A stretch of DNA of 20,000 nt from an uncultured virus (IMG/VR IMGVR_UViG_3300029920_000005) (lineage: Duplodnaviria > Heunggongvirae > Uroviricota > Caudoviricetes). The translations under genes were made by a program, and so were the position numbers. Of this stretch, positions 8,247-16,005 are shown one piece after another. Location: IMG/VR virus record IMGVR_UViG_3300029920_000005. One strand, 5' to 3'. Under the pieces are notes generated by a model. The model saw nothing but the letters and a program-made list of their open reading frames with translations, was not told the DNA's origin and ran no database searches. Within the stretch, counting starts at the first letter, position 1, and every line of letters begins with the position of its first letter.

Positions 8247-8437
8247 AGCCTGGCGTACCCATGCGCGCGCCGGGTCTTGTCAATCTCGTTCATTCGTTCG
8301 CGGGAATAGGGTTCGGTGGCAGTGCCGCCGCTGCGCGACCACCGGCCACCCCATGATCGAATGATCACGGTCTGGCCGAATAAATCGTGTTGCACAGCGA
8401 CGGCGTAATACCGTGACGGGCTGATATAGATACGCAT
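8243..8437 (-). CDS. Stand-alone WGR-domain protein
   Basis: RYYAVAVQHDLFGQTVIIRSWGG...RRAHGY matches the WGR pattern. The long upstream extension in the ORF track is probably not coding. Confidence 0.7.
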   Translation of the reverse strand: MRIYISPSRYYAVAVQHDLFGQTVIIRSWGGRWSRSGGTATEPYSRERMNEIDKTRRAHGYARL

Positions 8438-8560
8438 GATGATTGCACCAGAGGGGGAGTGGGCGCATTCAGCATGGCAGGGTGATCGGGCTTTGGGAAA
8501 GCTCAAGATGGCGGAATTGCGGGAAATTACGTGAAAGTGTTGCGTTATAACCCATTGTTT

Positions 8561-8632
8561 TTGCTCGCTTGAGCATCTGCGCAACTGAGTATTTGAGCGT
8601 CTGCGCATTTGATCAATTGAGCATTTGCGCAT
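8561..8632. repeat. Nine tandem 8-bp repeats, putative centromere (parS/parH-like)
   Basis: TTGCTCGC TTGAGCAT CTGCGCAA CTGAGTAT TTGAGCGT CTGCGCAT TTGATCAA TTGAGCAT TTGCGCAT. Confidence 0.75.
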
Positions 8633-8874
8633 TACGGATCGCGGCCGCTCGGGTTTTTGATGGGGCCAAGGCCATCGGCGGCACGCAGCAGGTTTAGGCC
8701 TTGGACGATTAGCGATTGCATCGGCTCGTGACGGCTGGTCGCCCAATTCTTGATGGCCTGGTGATCGTCGAAGTAAAGCCAGACGCCGACTTTCACTTTG
8801 TCCGGTTTGGCGATCTCGGCGCGCGCTGGCGCATCATCATCAACCAGGAACGATTTCAGGTCTATTTCCGGCAT
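8632..8874 (-). CDS. Small ribbon-helix-helix partition adaptor (ParG-like)
   Basis: 80 aa, overlapping the parA end. Flexible N-terminus, then a KVKVGVWL strand and two helices (MQSLIVQGLNLL). Confidence 0.7.
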   Translation of the reverse strand: MPEIDLKSFLVDDDAPARAEIAKPDKVKVGVWLYFDDHQAIKNWATSRHEPMQSLIVQGLNLLRAADGLGPIKNPSGRDP

Positions 8875-9488
8875 AGTTCCTCCTTAACCCACGCCCATAG
8901 TGCGGTCATTTCAAGCGCCGCCTTGTCGCGCGGCTTGTATTCGTTGACCGATAGCCCGAGGGAAATAGCGTCCTCAAACGGCAACCGGTCGCCAATCCAG
9001 CACGGGATCACCGCGCCCAGTCCAGCCAGGTCAGCAGCGGTCTTATGCGCCTGATCCCGGCGACGCGCATGCACCCGGGTCAGTAGGAAATAGGGCGCCT
9101 TGCCCGCCGCGCGCGCCATTTTCGCCGAAGCTTGCACGCGGGCTATTTCGAGCGCCGCAGACGGCCTGACCGGGATAATGATCATGTCGGCAGCTTGGGC
9201 GATCTGCGAGGACTCGTGTGCAAGGTGCGGCGGGCTATCAATGACCGCCAGGCTGAAGCCCTTGTTGTGCGCGGTGTGGATCGCCAGCTGCAACTCAGAC
9301 GCATGCACCGCGGTGACGACCGGCGTTTCGGATACGCGCTGGCGCGCCCAGCTGGATGCGGATTTCTGCGGGTCGGCGTCCAGTAGGATGACGCGCTCGC
9401 CATCGTCCTGTGCGCGGCAGCTAGCGTGAATGGCCGTGGTGGATTTCGTTCCGCCGCCTTTCTGGCCGAAAAATGCGATCGTTTTCAT
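8862..9488 (-). CDS. parA: ParA-family ATPase, short type Ib
   Basis: Deviant Walker A QKGGGTKST, LLDADPQ.S, VIDSPP and ADMIIIPVRPS. There is no N-terminal HTH. Confidence 0.9.
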   Translation of the reverse strand: MKTIAFFGQKGGGTKSTTAIHASCRAQDDGERVILLDADPQKSASSWARQRVSETPVVTAVHASELQLAIHTAHNKGFSLAVIDSPPHLAHESSQIAQAADMIIIPVRPSAALEIARVQASAKMARAAGKAPYFLLTRVHARRRDQAHKTAADLAGLGAVIPCWIGDRLPFEDAISLGLSVNEYKPRDKAALEMTALWAWVKEELCRK

Positions 9489-9646
9489 GCGGGCACCTTG
9501 GTGACGTACAGTTTGAAAATGACAACCTGTTTGTGCTGGTCGACGAAATAATTGATGTGTTCGATCCGCTGGTCAGGCGCTTTGAAATCCTTGGCGTAGT
9601 GATCGACCACTTCCGGGAGCGGAACTTCCTCATAGATGATGTCCAT
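9485..9646 (-). CDS. Hypothetical 53-aa protein coupled to parA
   Basis: AAAGGAAACCC-ATG start. Its stop overlaps the parA start. Confidence 0.6.
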   Translation of the reverse strand: MDIIYEEVPLPEVVDHYAKDFKAPDQRIEHINYFVDQHKQVVIFKLYVTKVPA

Positions 9647-9663
9647 GGGTTTCCTTTGGGCGT

Positions 9664-9685
9664 AAAAAAGCCCGCGAGTGCGGGC
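9664..9685 (-). terminator. Terminator after integrase
   Basis: The minus strand reads GCCCGC-ACTC-GCGGGC-TTTTTT. Confidence 0.75.
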
Positions 9686-9715
9686 GGGGTCAGTACACAT
9701 CCGGCAGTGCGCCGG

Positions 9716-10891
9716 CTATTTCTTCAATCGCTGCTGGTCTAGAAAATCAGACCAGTCCTGCATCATCGTGCGGCGCTCATCCATGTATTGCGCGTGGTTG
9801 TACGCCGCTTTGACCTTGTTGCGCTCCAAGTGCGCCAGCTGGATCTCGATCACTTTTTCGGGGTAGCCGAGCTCATGCAGGATTGTTGAGGCGGTCGAGC
9901 GAAAGCCGTGGCCAGAGACAACGCCTTTGAAGCCGATTAGCTCAATGAGCCGGTTGATGGTCGTGCCGGTAATACTGTCATCTGGGCGTCGCGTATTGGG
10001 GAATACGAACGGCCTGCCTCCGTGGAACTTCTGCATGTGGTGAAGAATGGTAATGGCCTGGCGCGACAGTGGGACAATATGATCAGTGCCCATCTTCATT
10101 TTGTCACCGGGGATGCGCCACGTCTGGTCGTCCAGACTGAAGTCATCCCACGTGGCGCGGCGGATCTCGATGGTGCGAACAAAGGTCAGCAGCATGAACT
10201 GTGCGGCGTTTTTTGCCGGGCCATAGCCCTGATAAGCATCGAGCGCGCGCAGGAACTGAGGCAAGTCATCAAGCCGCAGCGGTTTATGGTGACTGACCGG
10301 TGCTCGCTTCACGACACCGCCAAGCGGTGCCGTTGGGTCGTTGTCGCAGCGCAGAGTTGTTATACCGTGCCTGAATGCCGCGCCGGCCCACTGGCGCGCA
10401 TTCCGCGCAACAACCGGCGCGCCCCGTTTTAGTATCGCGTTGATCAGATCAAGACATTGCGCTGAAGTAACGGACCGAATCGGCAAGTCGCCAATACCGG
10501 GATAAACGTCAGCCGCCAGTGTTTTCTCTACTTGACGTTTGTATGGAGCGCTCCAGTGCTGGTTGGCTGCGATCCACTCCTCTGCGACCATGCGGAATGT
10601 ATTCTGATCTTGGTTGATTTGCCGGGCTATGGCTGCTTTTTTTGCCGTGTTCGGACTCTGTCCCGATGCCACCAGTGCGCGCGCCGCTTCCAGTAATTTG
10701 CGCGCATCTGCCAGGCCGACGGAGGGGTATTCTCCAATGGTAAACATACTGGCCTTTCCGTCCAGCCGGAAGCGGTAGCGCCATAGTTTTTGGCCGGATG
10801 GTCGTATCTCGACGCATAGCCCCTTGTGGTCAGCCAAGCGGTAGACCTTATCGGTCGGTTTGGCCTGTCGAATCTTGGTGTCTGACAGCAT
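9716..10891 (-). CDS. int: Tyrosine integrase, P4-like, with arm-DNA-binding domain
   Basis: MLSDTKIRQAKP..YRLAD..GL...KLWRYRFR N-terminus. Catalytic residues FVRTIE (R), KMK (K), HGFR, LAH and AAYNHA (Y). Confidence 0.95.
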   Translation of the reverse strand: MLSDTKIRQAKPTDKVYRLADHKGLCVEIRPSGQKLWRYRFRLDGKASMFTIGEYPSVGLADARKLLEAARALVASGQSPNTAKKAAIARQINQDQNTFRMVAEEWIAANQHWSAPYKRQVEKTLAADVYPGIGDLPIRSVTSAQCLDLINAILKRGAPVVARNARQWAGAAFRHGITTLRCDNDPTAPLGGVVKRAPVSHHKPLRLDDLPQFLRALDAYQGYGPAKNAAQFMLLTFVRTIEIRRATWDDFSLDDQTWRIPGDKMKMGTDHIVPLSRQAITILHHMQKFHGGRPFVFPNTRRPDDSITGTTINRLIELIGFKGVVSGHGFRSTASTILHELGYPEKVIEIQLAHLERNKVKAAYNHAQYMDERRTMMQDWSDFLDQQRLKK

Positions 10892-11161
10892 TGTGAGTAA
10901 GGCCAGGTTAAATTGATCGCCAAATTGCGTTACTCACAATCTTACTCACAATTTAACGCGAAGGCATGCGAAAGGATGCGAATTCATGCGAAGAGATAAC
11001 TCGGGGAAGTTCGCCACGTAAGGATGCTACGCGATAGCATGCAACACAATGAGAGGCCCATGCCGGTTATCGATCATCAACAGCATGGTGTGTGTTGAAC
11101 CCTTGTGGTTGCTGTGTCTATTGGTGTGAGTGCGTGTATCTTACTCACAATCTTACTCACA
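10892..11161. mobile_element. attP site: arm repeats, Xis-like repeats and core
   Basis: 21-bp direct repeat TTACTCACAATCTTACTCACA at 10930-10950 and 11141-11161. Inverted copies at 10892-10901 and 11125-11131 (partial). ATGCG repeats with 10-bp period at 10961-10990. Confidence 0.85.
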
Positions 11162-11338
11162 TTGCCTTTTGATGAGGTTGGCTCGCCATTCATCAAACGC
11201 TTCCTTGGGCCAACGGGACGAGCAGCCATCCTTGATCGGTTTCGGGAACCGCCCGGCCTTCATGCGGCGGTAAATCGTCGCGTGATGATAGCCGGTCAGG
11301 GCGATTACATCCTTGAGAGTATAGAGCTGGCTTTCCAT
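11153..11338 (-). CDS. alpA: AlpA-family excisionase/regulator
   Basis: LYTLKDVIALTGYHHATIYRRMKAGRFPKPIK..SSRW, adjacent to attP. Confidence 0.88.
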   Translation of the reverse strand: MESQLYTLKDVIALTGYHHATIYRRMKAGRFPKPIKDGCSSRWPKEAFDEWRANLIKRQCE

Positions 11339-11462
11339 TATGACTCTTTCAGAAAAATGCCGCCACTGGGCAGCCGAATTGTGATGTGTTAAAAATGAGT
11401 AAACCGGGCAAAGCAAAGGCCGCATCAGCGGCCCGTCAGTTGTTCTTGCGGTAGCGGCATGC

Positions 11463-11922
11463 TCACGCCGCCAACTGCATCCGATCATGCTTTCGGAAAA
11501 ACTCGTCAACCATCTCGTGCGCGTTATCGATGGCCGTCGAGACCATCCCGGTCGGCATTACCGCCAACAGGCCGCGACACAGATCAAACGTCTGGCGTAG
11601 CGCCTCAAGCTCATCGCCCTTCGGCACAAAAGAACCGCGGTCATTGAATCGCACGCCGATATCAGCCAGCACATCTGCCGCAGCCTCGGATCGAGCCTTG
11701 GCCACCATCGCCAGACTGTCGGTGGCCCCGCCGCCACTGTGAGCCAGTACCTGATATCCGAGCTGCCAGATCATGCAATTGGCCTCACTCAGCGCGACGA
11801 ACTGGTGCATCGTAAGATGCCCGGAGCGCAGCTCATCCAGAGCAAGGTAAGCCGGCAACAAGATGTCGCGCTGGGCGTCTGCGGGTAGGTCTGCCTGATT
11901 TGCGCTTGCACTGCTTTTTCAT
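11463..11922 (-). pseudogene. Phage hypothetical protein with frame disruption near the 5' end
   Basis: The RBS-preceded start MKKQCKRK at 11922 is out of frame with the body ...LPADAQRDILLPAYLAL..., and that frame is closed upstream by TGA. A TTG restart at 11861 is possible. Confidence 0.5.
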
Positions 11923-11923
11923 C

Positions 11924-12088
11924 TCAACCTCCAAAAGGCGAAAATGGCGAGAAAATCAGATAGCCGATGAAAACCACGACTTCGCCGGCCAGCAGATACA
12001 GCAGATCCCGATTCGCCTGGCAGAATTGCAAAGCGCCCATGGAAGGGCGCTTGTCGTGGGGCGGAATGGAGTTGGTTGTCAGCGCCAT
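11924..12088 (-). CDS. Small membrane protein
   Basis: 54 aa with a C-terminal hydrophobic segment; tiles between its neighbours. Confidence 0.45.
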   Translation of the reverse strand: MALTTNSIPPHDKRPSMGALQFCQANRDLLYLLAGEVVVFIGYLIFSPFSPFGG

Positions 12089-12261
12089 ATCGGCGCCCCG
12101 TACGTGAGGGCTGCGACAGCCCCGCCAATAAATATTGACATAACAGCACACCCGCCGGCTTCGCTCGTGAACGGGTGTACGCCGCTAATCCAGCTGCAAA
12201 ACCAACCGGCAAGCAAGGTTGCGGCAAAGACGACCCCGGTTGCGATTAAGCGCTGCCTCAT
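12079..12261 (-). CDS. Small 2-TM protein
   Basis: 60 aa with two hydrophobic segments and an overlapping start/stop with the upstream gene. Confidence 0.55.
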   Translation of the reverse strand: MRQRLIATGVVFAATLLAGWFCSWISGVHPFTSEAGGCAVMSIFIGGAVAALTYGAPIWR

Positions 12262-12428
12262 GATTTTGCTCCCGGCTTATGATGAACAAATTCGACGCAC
12301 TTAACGACAACCGTCCCGTCTTTATCGGTTTTCATGACCGGCATGCCTTTAAATGGCAGCGACGAACAATCACGGACGTCGAGGTGCTTGCATGCGGCGC
12401 ACATGCTTCCGCTCGGGCGATGATTCAT
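12258..12428 (-). CDS. Small Cys-containing phage protein (not in ORF track)
   Basis: MNHRPSGSMCAACKHLDVRDCSSLPFKGMPVMKTDKDGTVVVKCVEF...; ATGA overlaps on both sides. Confidence 0.65.
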   Translation of the reverse strand: MNHRPSGSMCAACKHLDVRDCSSLPFKGMPVMKTDKDGTVVVKCVEFVHHKPGAKS

Positions 12429-12622
12429 GGCGCGACCTCCGGCACAGACGGCAGCGGCTCAGGGCATCCGCGATACGCGCGCGTCATGCAACACTTCGTT
12501 ACCGCACCAGTATTGCGACTGCCGGCAGCCCCGCACGCACCGCGGTGTTGATAAAGACCTGGCGACCAGCATTTTCGCTGCGGGCAGTTTTTGTCACAGC
12601 AGTCATACCCGTTGATTTTCAT
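12425..12622 (-). CDS. Cys-rich hypothetical protein
   Basis: 65 aa with 8 Cys, coupled to the downstream gene. Confidence 0.55.
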   Translation of the reverse strand: MKINGYDCCDKNCPQRKCWSPGLYQHRGACGAAGSRNTGAVTKCCMTRAYRGCPEPLPSVPEVAP

Positions 12623-12625
12623 GTC

Positions 12626-12991
12626 TCACCCTCCCGTCGCCGACACAAGATCCGGTTGCGAGTGGCAGATCCCGCATGCGCCGTGATGCGCGGAGTCGGG
12701 GCAGGTCTGGCCGTGGTCGTGAGATGTCAAGGATTCCTTGACGACTGGCGCGGCGAGCATAGCGCGGGATATTCTCGCAGCCCACCAATCCGGGTCTTCG
12801 ATGATTGTTCCGCTGGGCATTTCTCGCCGCAGCCATTCAACAAAGCCATCCGGAACACTCACCGGCTCCTGCGGGATGCTGGCGAGGATGGCATGCGAAT
12901 CCACCGGCTTCCGGTCACAGCCGCAGTCGTGCGCGGCATCAGTTGCATTGATCGCCGCAGTGATGAGTTTCAAATCACGTTCTGCTCTCAT
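12626..12991 (-). CDS. Phage hypothetical protein
   Basis: ATG at 12991 overlaps the upstream stop. Contains FVEWLRREMPSGTIIEDPDWWAARI. Confidence 0.55.
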   Translation of the reverse strand: MRAERDLKLITAAINATDAAHDCGCDRKPVDSHAILASIPQEPVSVPDGFVEWLRREMPSGTIIEDPDWWAARISRAMLAAPVVKESLTSHDHGQTCPDSAHHGACGICHSQPDLVSATGG

Positions 12992-13443
12992 TTCGTCCCT
13001 TTCAGTGCCGCGCGGCTGGCTTGCCAGTGCAGCCACGCGTTGCGCGTTTGCGCGTCGAGGTAATAGCCTTTCTCCGGGTTCCGATCGGTGAGGAATGCCG
13101 TGTACGTCTCAAACTCCGCCCGACTCTGCGCCTCGTCTGGCAGGGTAGGCGGTTGCGATGCGATGTAGAGCTGGGGCGAGTTTTGGTCAGCAACAGGGAC
13201 GGCGTACGTTGCAACCAGTTGCCCATTGTCCAAGTAGTCAAAGCCGATGTGAATTGCTGTCACGGCATTCTCCCCAGGCATCGCCAGCGCGGCGCGGGCT
13301 TGCCATGCAGTCCACATGTCGGCGGTACGGCCCCATGTATAGCGCCCATCTGCGCGCCCCAGCGGCCTGGACTTCTCGCCGGCCAGCAGACGTTGTTGAA
13401 TTTCAGCCCATTGCTTGTCAGTCAGTTTTGACGGGCGCCCCAT
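12988..13443 (-). CDS. Mosaic phage protein with HTH-like N-terminus
   Basis: ATG at 13443 follows GGAG. MGRPSKLTDKQWAEIQQRLLAGE is followed by two W..WQA.RAAL-type motifs. Confidence 0.6.
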   Translation of the reverse strand: MGRPSKLTDKQWAEIQQRLLAGEKSRPLGRADGRYTWGRTADMWTAWQARAALAMPGENAVTAIHIGFDYLDNGQLVATYAVPVADQNSPQLYIASQPPTLPDEAQSRAEFETYTAFLTDRNPEKGYYLDAQTRNAWLHWQASRAALKGTK

Positions 13444-13718
13444 GTCATTCACTCCATGTCTCAATGTTCGCAGTGTAGCGCAGGCCGCCGATTGATGCAC
13501 CCCCGCCGGCACCCGCAATAACCGCCTCGATTTCCGGCGCAATACCTGACGCAGTAACGCAATCATCGAAGTCCAATGCGGTGGTGGTCTTTGATATATC
13601 CCAGATTCATCGTTCACGCTCCCATTGATCTCGGCAATCAGCGTCGCACCAGCGGCGAGGTACTTCAAGTGCTTAGCCGCAGCATAGACAAACCCCGGTG
13701 GCAACCGGCCCGACTGGT

Positions 13719-14264
13719 TTACGGATAGACATCGCGGCGTCGGTCAGCATTTTCGCGCTCCTTCTCTACCATGTATGCTACTTGCTCATCTTCCAGATCC
13801 TCATTGCGGGCAATCCCCGCCGCCTGCACCAACTCATAGTGTCGGCTGGCACGAAGGGTTTCGAGTTCAGCTTTAAGTCGATCAATCTCGTCTTGTTTTT
13901 CATCTAATCTTACAGCTTCAACACGAGTTGATAACAAACGAGCCATTTCTGTATTTTCAGATTTTAGCCTGTCGATTTCGGCCTGTGCGTCTGGTGGATA
14001 TGTGTAGAGCGGAATTGCATCGGATTGTTTATCGCGTTCGTTCCATCCATGGCACAGATACGGAGATACTTTTACTTTTTGCAATTCATCAGGCCGCATC
14101 CAGATAGAAGGATCAGGCTTCGGCAGTACCGTTTCGCTCGGGACGGCGTCAATCCAGTCAAGAGCGGCCTTGAGCGCATTCAGCAAATCCAGCTTATCCG
14201 CTTGGGCGGCTTGCCACGCCTCCCATGCGGTATTGGTTCTAACCAGTATCAGGATGATCATCAC
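13719..14264 (-). CDS. Mosaic phage hypothetical protein
   Basis: AWEAWQAA, DAIPLYTYP and two EIDRLK coiled-coil repeats. Confidence 0.55.
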   Translation of the reverse strand: MMIILILVRTNTAWEAWQAAQADKLDLLNALKAALDWIDAVPSETVLPKPDPSIWMRPDELQKVKVSPYLCHGWNERDKQSDAIPLYTYPPDAQAEIDRLKSENTEMARLLSTRVEAVRLDEKQDEIDRLKAELETLRASRHYELVQAAGIARNEDLEDEQVAYMVEKERENADRRRDVYP

Positions 14265-14734
14265 GCAGCGTCCTTGAATGCCGGCGCAAGCGCCGCGTAT
14301 TTGGCCCAGCGCTCGTCAGCGTTGCCAACGAATGCGGCCCAGGCTGCCACCTCCATGCCGGGCACGAGCTCGAGCAGCGCGCAGGCCAGCTGCCGGAGCA
14401 TGCGCAGCTCGTCGCCATTGATCACCACCCGGTCGTTGATACCATTTCGCCGGCAGCGCTCTGCGGCCTCGATCCATCCGTCGCCGGCGGATTCGGCCGC
14501 CCGCTTGAGCCCGGGGTGGTTGTAATAGAGCGCGGCGTCGTAGGCGGCCGAACAGTAGCGGGTGACGATGCGCGTTGTCGCGCCGTGACCATAGCCTTGG
14601 GCGACCTCGTGCAGGTGCGCGAGGAAGGGTAGTAGCTGGGTGTCGGCGTCCGCAGCACCAACGCGCTGCTTGCCGGCGATCATCAGCATCGGGTTGCGGG
14701 CCGCGCGCGGGATGCGCTTCGGTTTGGTGGTCAT
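14261..14734 (-). CDS. Phage hypothetical protein
   Basis: 157 aa. It shares LLP.L and GDEL..LRQ motifs with the ORF at 11463-11861. Confidence 0.7.
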   Translation of the reverse strand: MTTKPKRIPRAARNPMLMIAGKQRVGAADADTQLLPFLAHLHEVAQGYGHGATTRIVTRYCSAAYDAALYYNHPGLKRAAESAGDGWIEAAERCRRNGINDRVVINGDELRMLRQLACALLELVPGMEVAAWAAFVGNADERWAKYAALAPAFKDAA

Positions 14735-14759
14735 GCGGCACCGCCATCATTGATCTTGT

Positions 14760-15149
14760 TCATGCTGCTTTCTCCTGTTTGAGTATCCCGCGCCCGATCA
14801 TCGTGATTCGCATTCTGGCCGTAGCCAGTCGGCGTTTTGCCGCTTTGCGCTGCTGGATTAAATCGTGTGCGCACAGGCAGGCGGGGCAGATTGCCAGTTC
14901 TTCGCGGATCTCGGAATCGGTTAGGTAGTCGAACTCGCCATCAATAGCCACTGGCTCATATGCGATGTGAAGATGTGTCACGTCATCACCGTCTTTCCAC
15001 TTTCCGTCTTCACCTGAATATTCAAACCGCCCTTTGACGCCATTGCAGCCATGCAGTGCGGACTGAAGGTCTTTCGACAGTCGTTTAACATCAGCTTGCG
15101 CCAGCGCGATATTGCGAATTGCGTCTAAGGCGCGTTGACCTTTATCCAT
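14760..15149 (-). CDS. Hypothetical protein (CxxC)
   Basis: 129 aa, GAGGAA RBS, CPAC motif. Confidence 0.7.
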   Translation of the reverse strand: MDKGQRALDAIRNIALAQADVKRLSKDLQSALHGCNGVKGRFEYSGEDGKWKDGDDVTHLHIAYEPVAIDGEFDYLTDSEIREELAICPACLCAHDLIQQRKAAKRRLATARMRITMIGRGILKQEKAA

Positions 15150-15544
15150 TATTCCTCTCCCGCCTCATACCCAGGACGCATCACCAGCGATTCGCGCCAG
15201 TCGATTCCGATGGTGTCTATTGGCAATATATGATCGATACGCGCTTGAGCGTGCCATGATCCCCACGCACTTGTGCCAACATCTGGGAGAGTGCTATAAC
15301 CAAATACGTGGCCGTCAGCATCCATTGCCACATACACAATCTCAGGCCGCAACACGCCCCAAGGAATGACGAGCTGACGGGGCTTGAGGCGGTAGCAACT
15401 GCTCAGGTGGATAAACGAGTTGCGTTTTCCCATCCACACTCCATCCGGCTGATAAGACTCCACGCTCGCCGGATCAGCAACCAGCGCCTCGACAATCTCG
15501 CTACGCTGTTCAGGCGTCATGTCTCTAAATTTGATCGGTTCCAT
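15149..15544 (-). CDS. Phage hypothetical protein
   Basis: AAGGAG RBS. YRLKP, VAMDADG..FGY..LP and DWRESLVMRP motifs are seen in phage early genes. Confidence 0.75.
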   Translation of the reverse strand: MEPIKFRDMTPEQRSEIVEALVADPASVESYQPDGVWMGKRNSFIHLSSCYRLKPRQLVIPWGVLRPEIVYVAMDADGHVFGYSTLPDVGTSAWGSWHAQARIDHILPIDTIGIDWRESLVMRPGYEAGEE

Positions 15545-15628
15545 TGTTTCCGCTACTCCTTAAAATGTAAGTTGTTAGTTGCCATGGGGCGTTTCCCTTA
15601 CACATTTTGATAAACATTTCTTTTTGTC

Positions 15629-15684
15629 CGGACCGGGCGGCGGACTCGGCGGACCTAGCGGACCGGGCGGACCGGGCGGACCGG
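15629..15684. repeat. Degenerate 9-bp tandem repeat (GGACCGGGC) encoding RSA repeats on the minus strand
   Basis: Lies within ORF 15525-15719 (RSARSARSARSAESAARSG). Confidence 0.75.
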
Positions 15685-15720
15685 AAGGCGCGTTGACCGT
15701 TGTCCATCATCACTCCCATG

Positions 15721-15743
15721 AAAAAGCCGCCTCAGTGGGCGGC
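15721..15743 (-). terminator. Rho-independent terminator
   Basis: The minus strand reads GCCGCC-CACTGA-GGCGGC-TTTTT. Confidence 0.7.
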
Positions 15744-15816
15744 GTGTTAGGCTGTTTAATACCGAGTCGTGATGCCATGCTTCTGCCTGAGCGACATTGC
15801 TCAATAGGAGATAAAA

Positions 15817-15987
15817 ATGCATCAACTCACTCTGCAAGAAGTGCAGAAGGCCATTGCGCAAGCGCAGCCATCTCAACTCATGCTACTGAAGCAATCTGCC
15901 AAAAATTGGATTTATGAAGAACAGAATGGCGTTCTCAAGTTTGAGCTTGGCGTTCGTGATGCGCTTGATCGACTGCTGATAGCGTAA
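15817..15987 (+). CDS. Counter-oriented 56-aa protein (not in ORF track)
   Basis: AGGAG-ATAAAA-ATG start; MHQLTLQEVQKAIAQAQPSQLMLLKQSAKNWIYEEQNGVLKFELGVRDALDRLLIA. Confidence 0.6.
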   Translation: MHQLTLQEVQKAIAQAQPSQLMLLKQSAKNWIYEEQNGVLKFELGVRDALDRLLIA

Positions 15988-16005
15988 GGTCAGGAAGTCC
16001 TCCGG

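Noticed and set aside
8561..8632. CRISPR array
   Set aside because: The units are contiguous 8-mers with no unique spacers.
7677..9488. ParBc_2 protein as the ParB partner of ParA
   Set aside because: It is on the opposite strand, separated from parA, and lacks an obvious HTH. The RHH gene overlapping parA is the better partner.
9657..9685. Shared hairpin + TTTTTTACGCCC motif here and at 18274-18300
   Set aside because: It is a common terminator-tail sequence in proteobacterial phages and too short to support a distinct element.
11000..11140. tRNA fragment as attP core
   Set aside because: There is no T-loop/CCA-type tRNA 3' end. The trpG/pabA-like start fits better.
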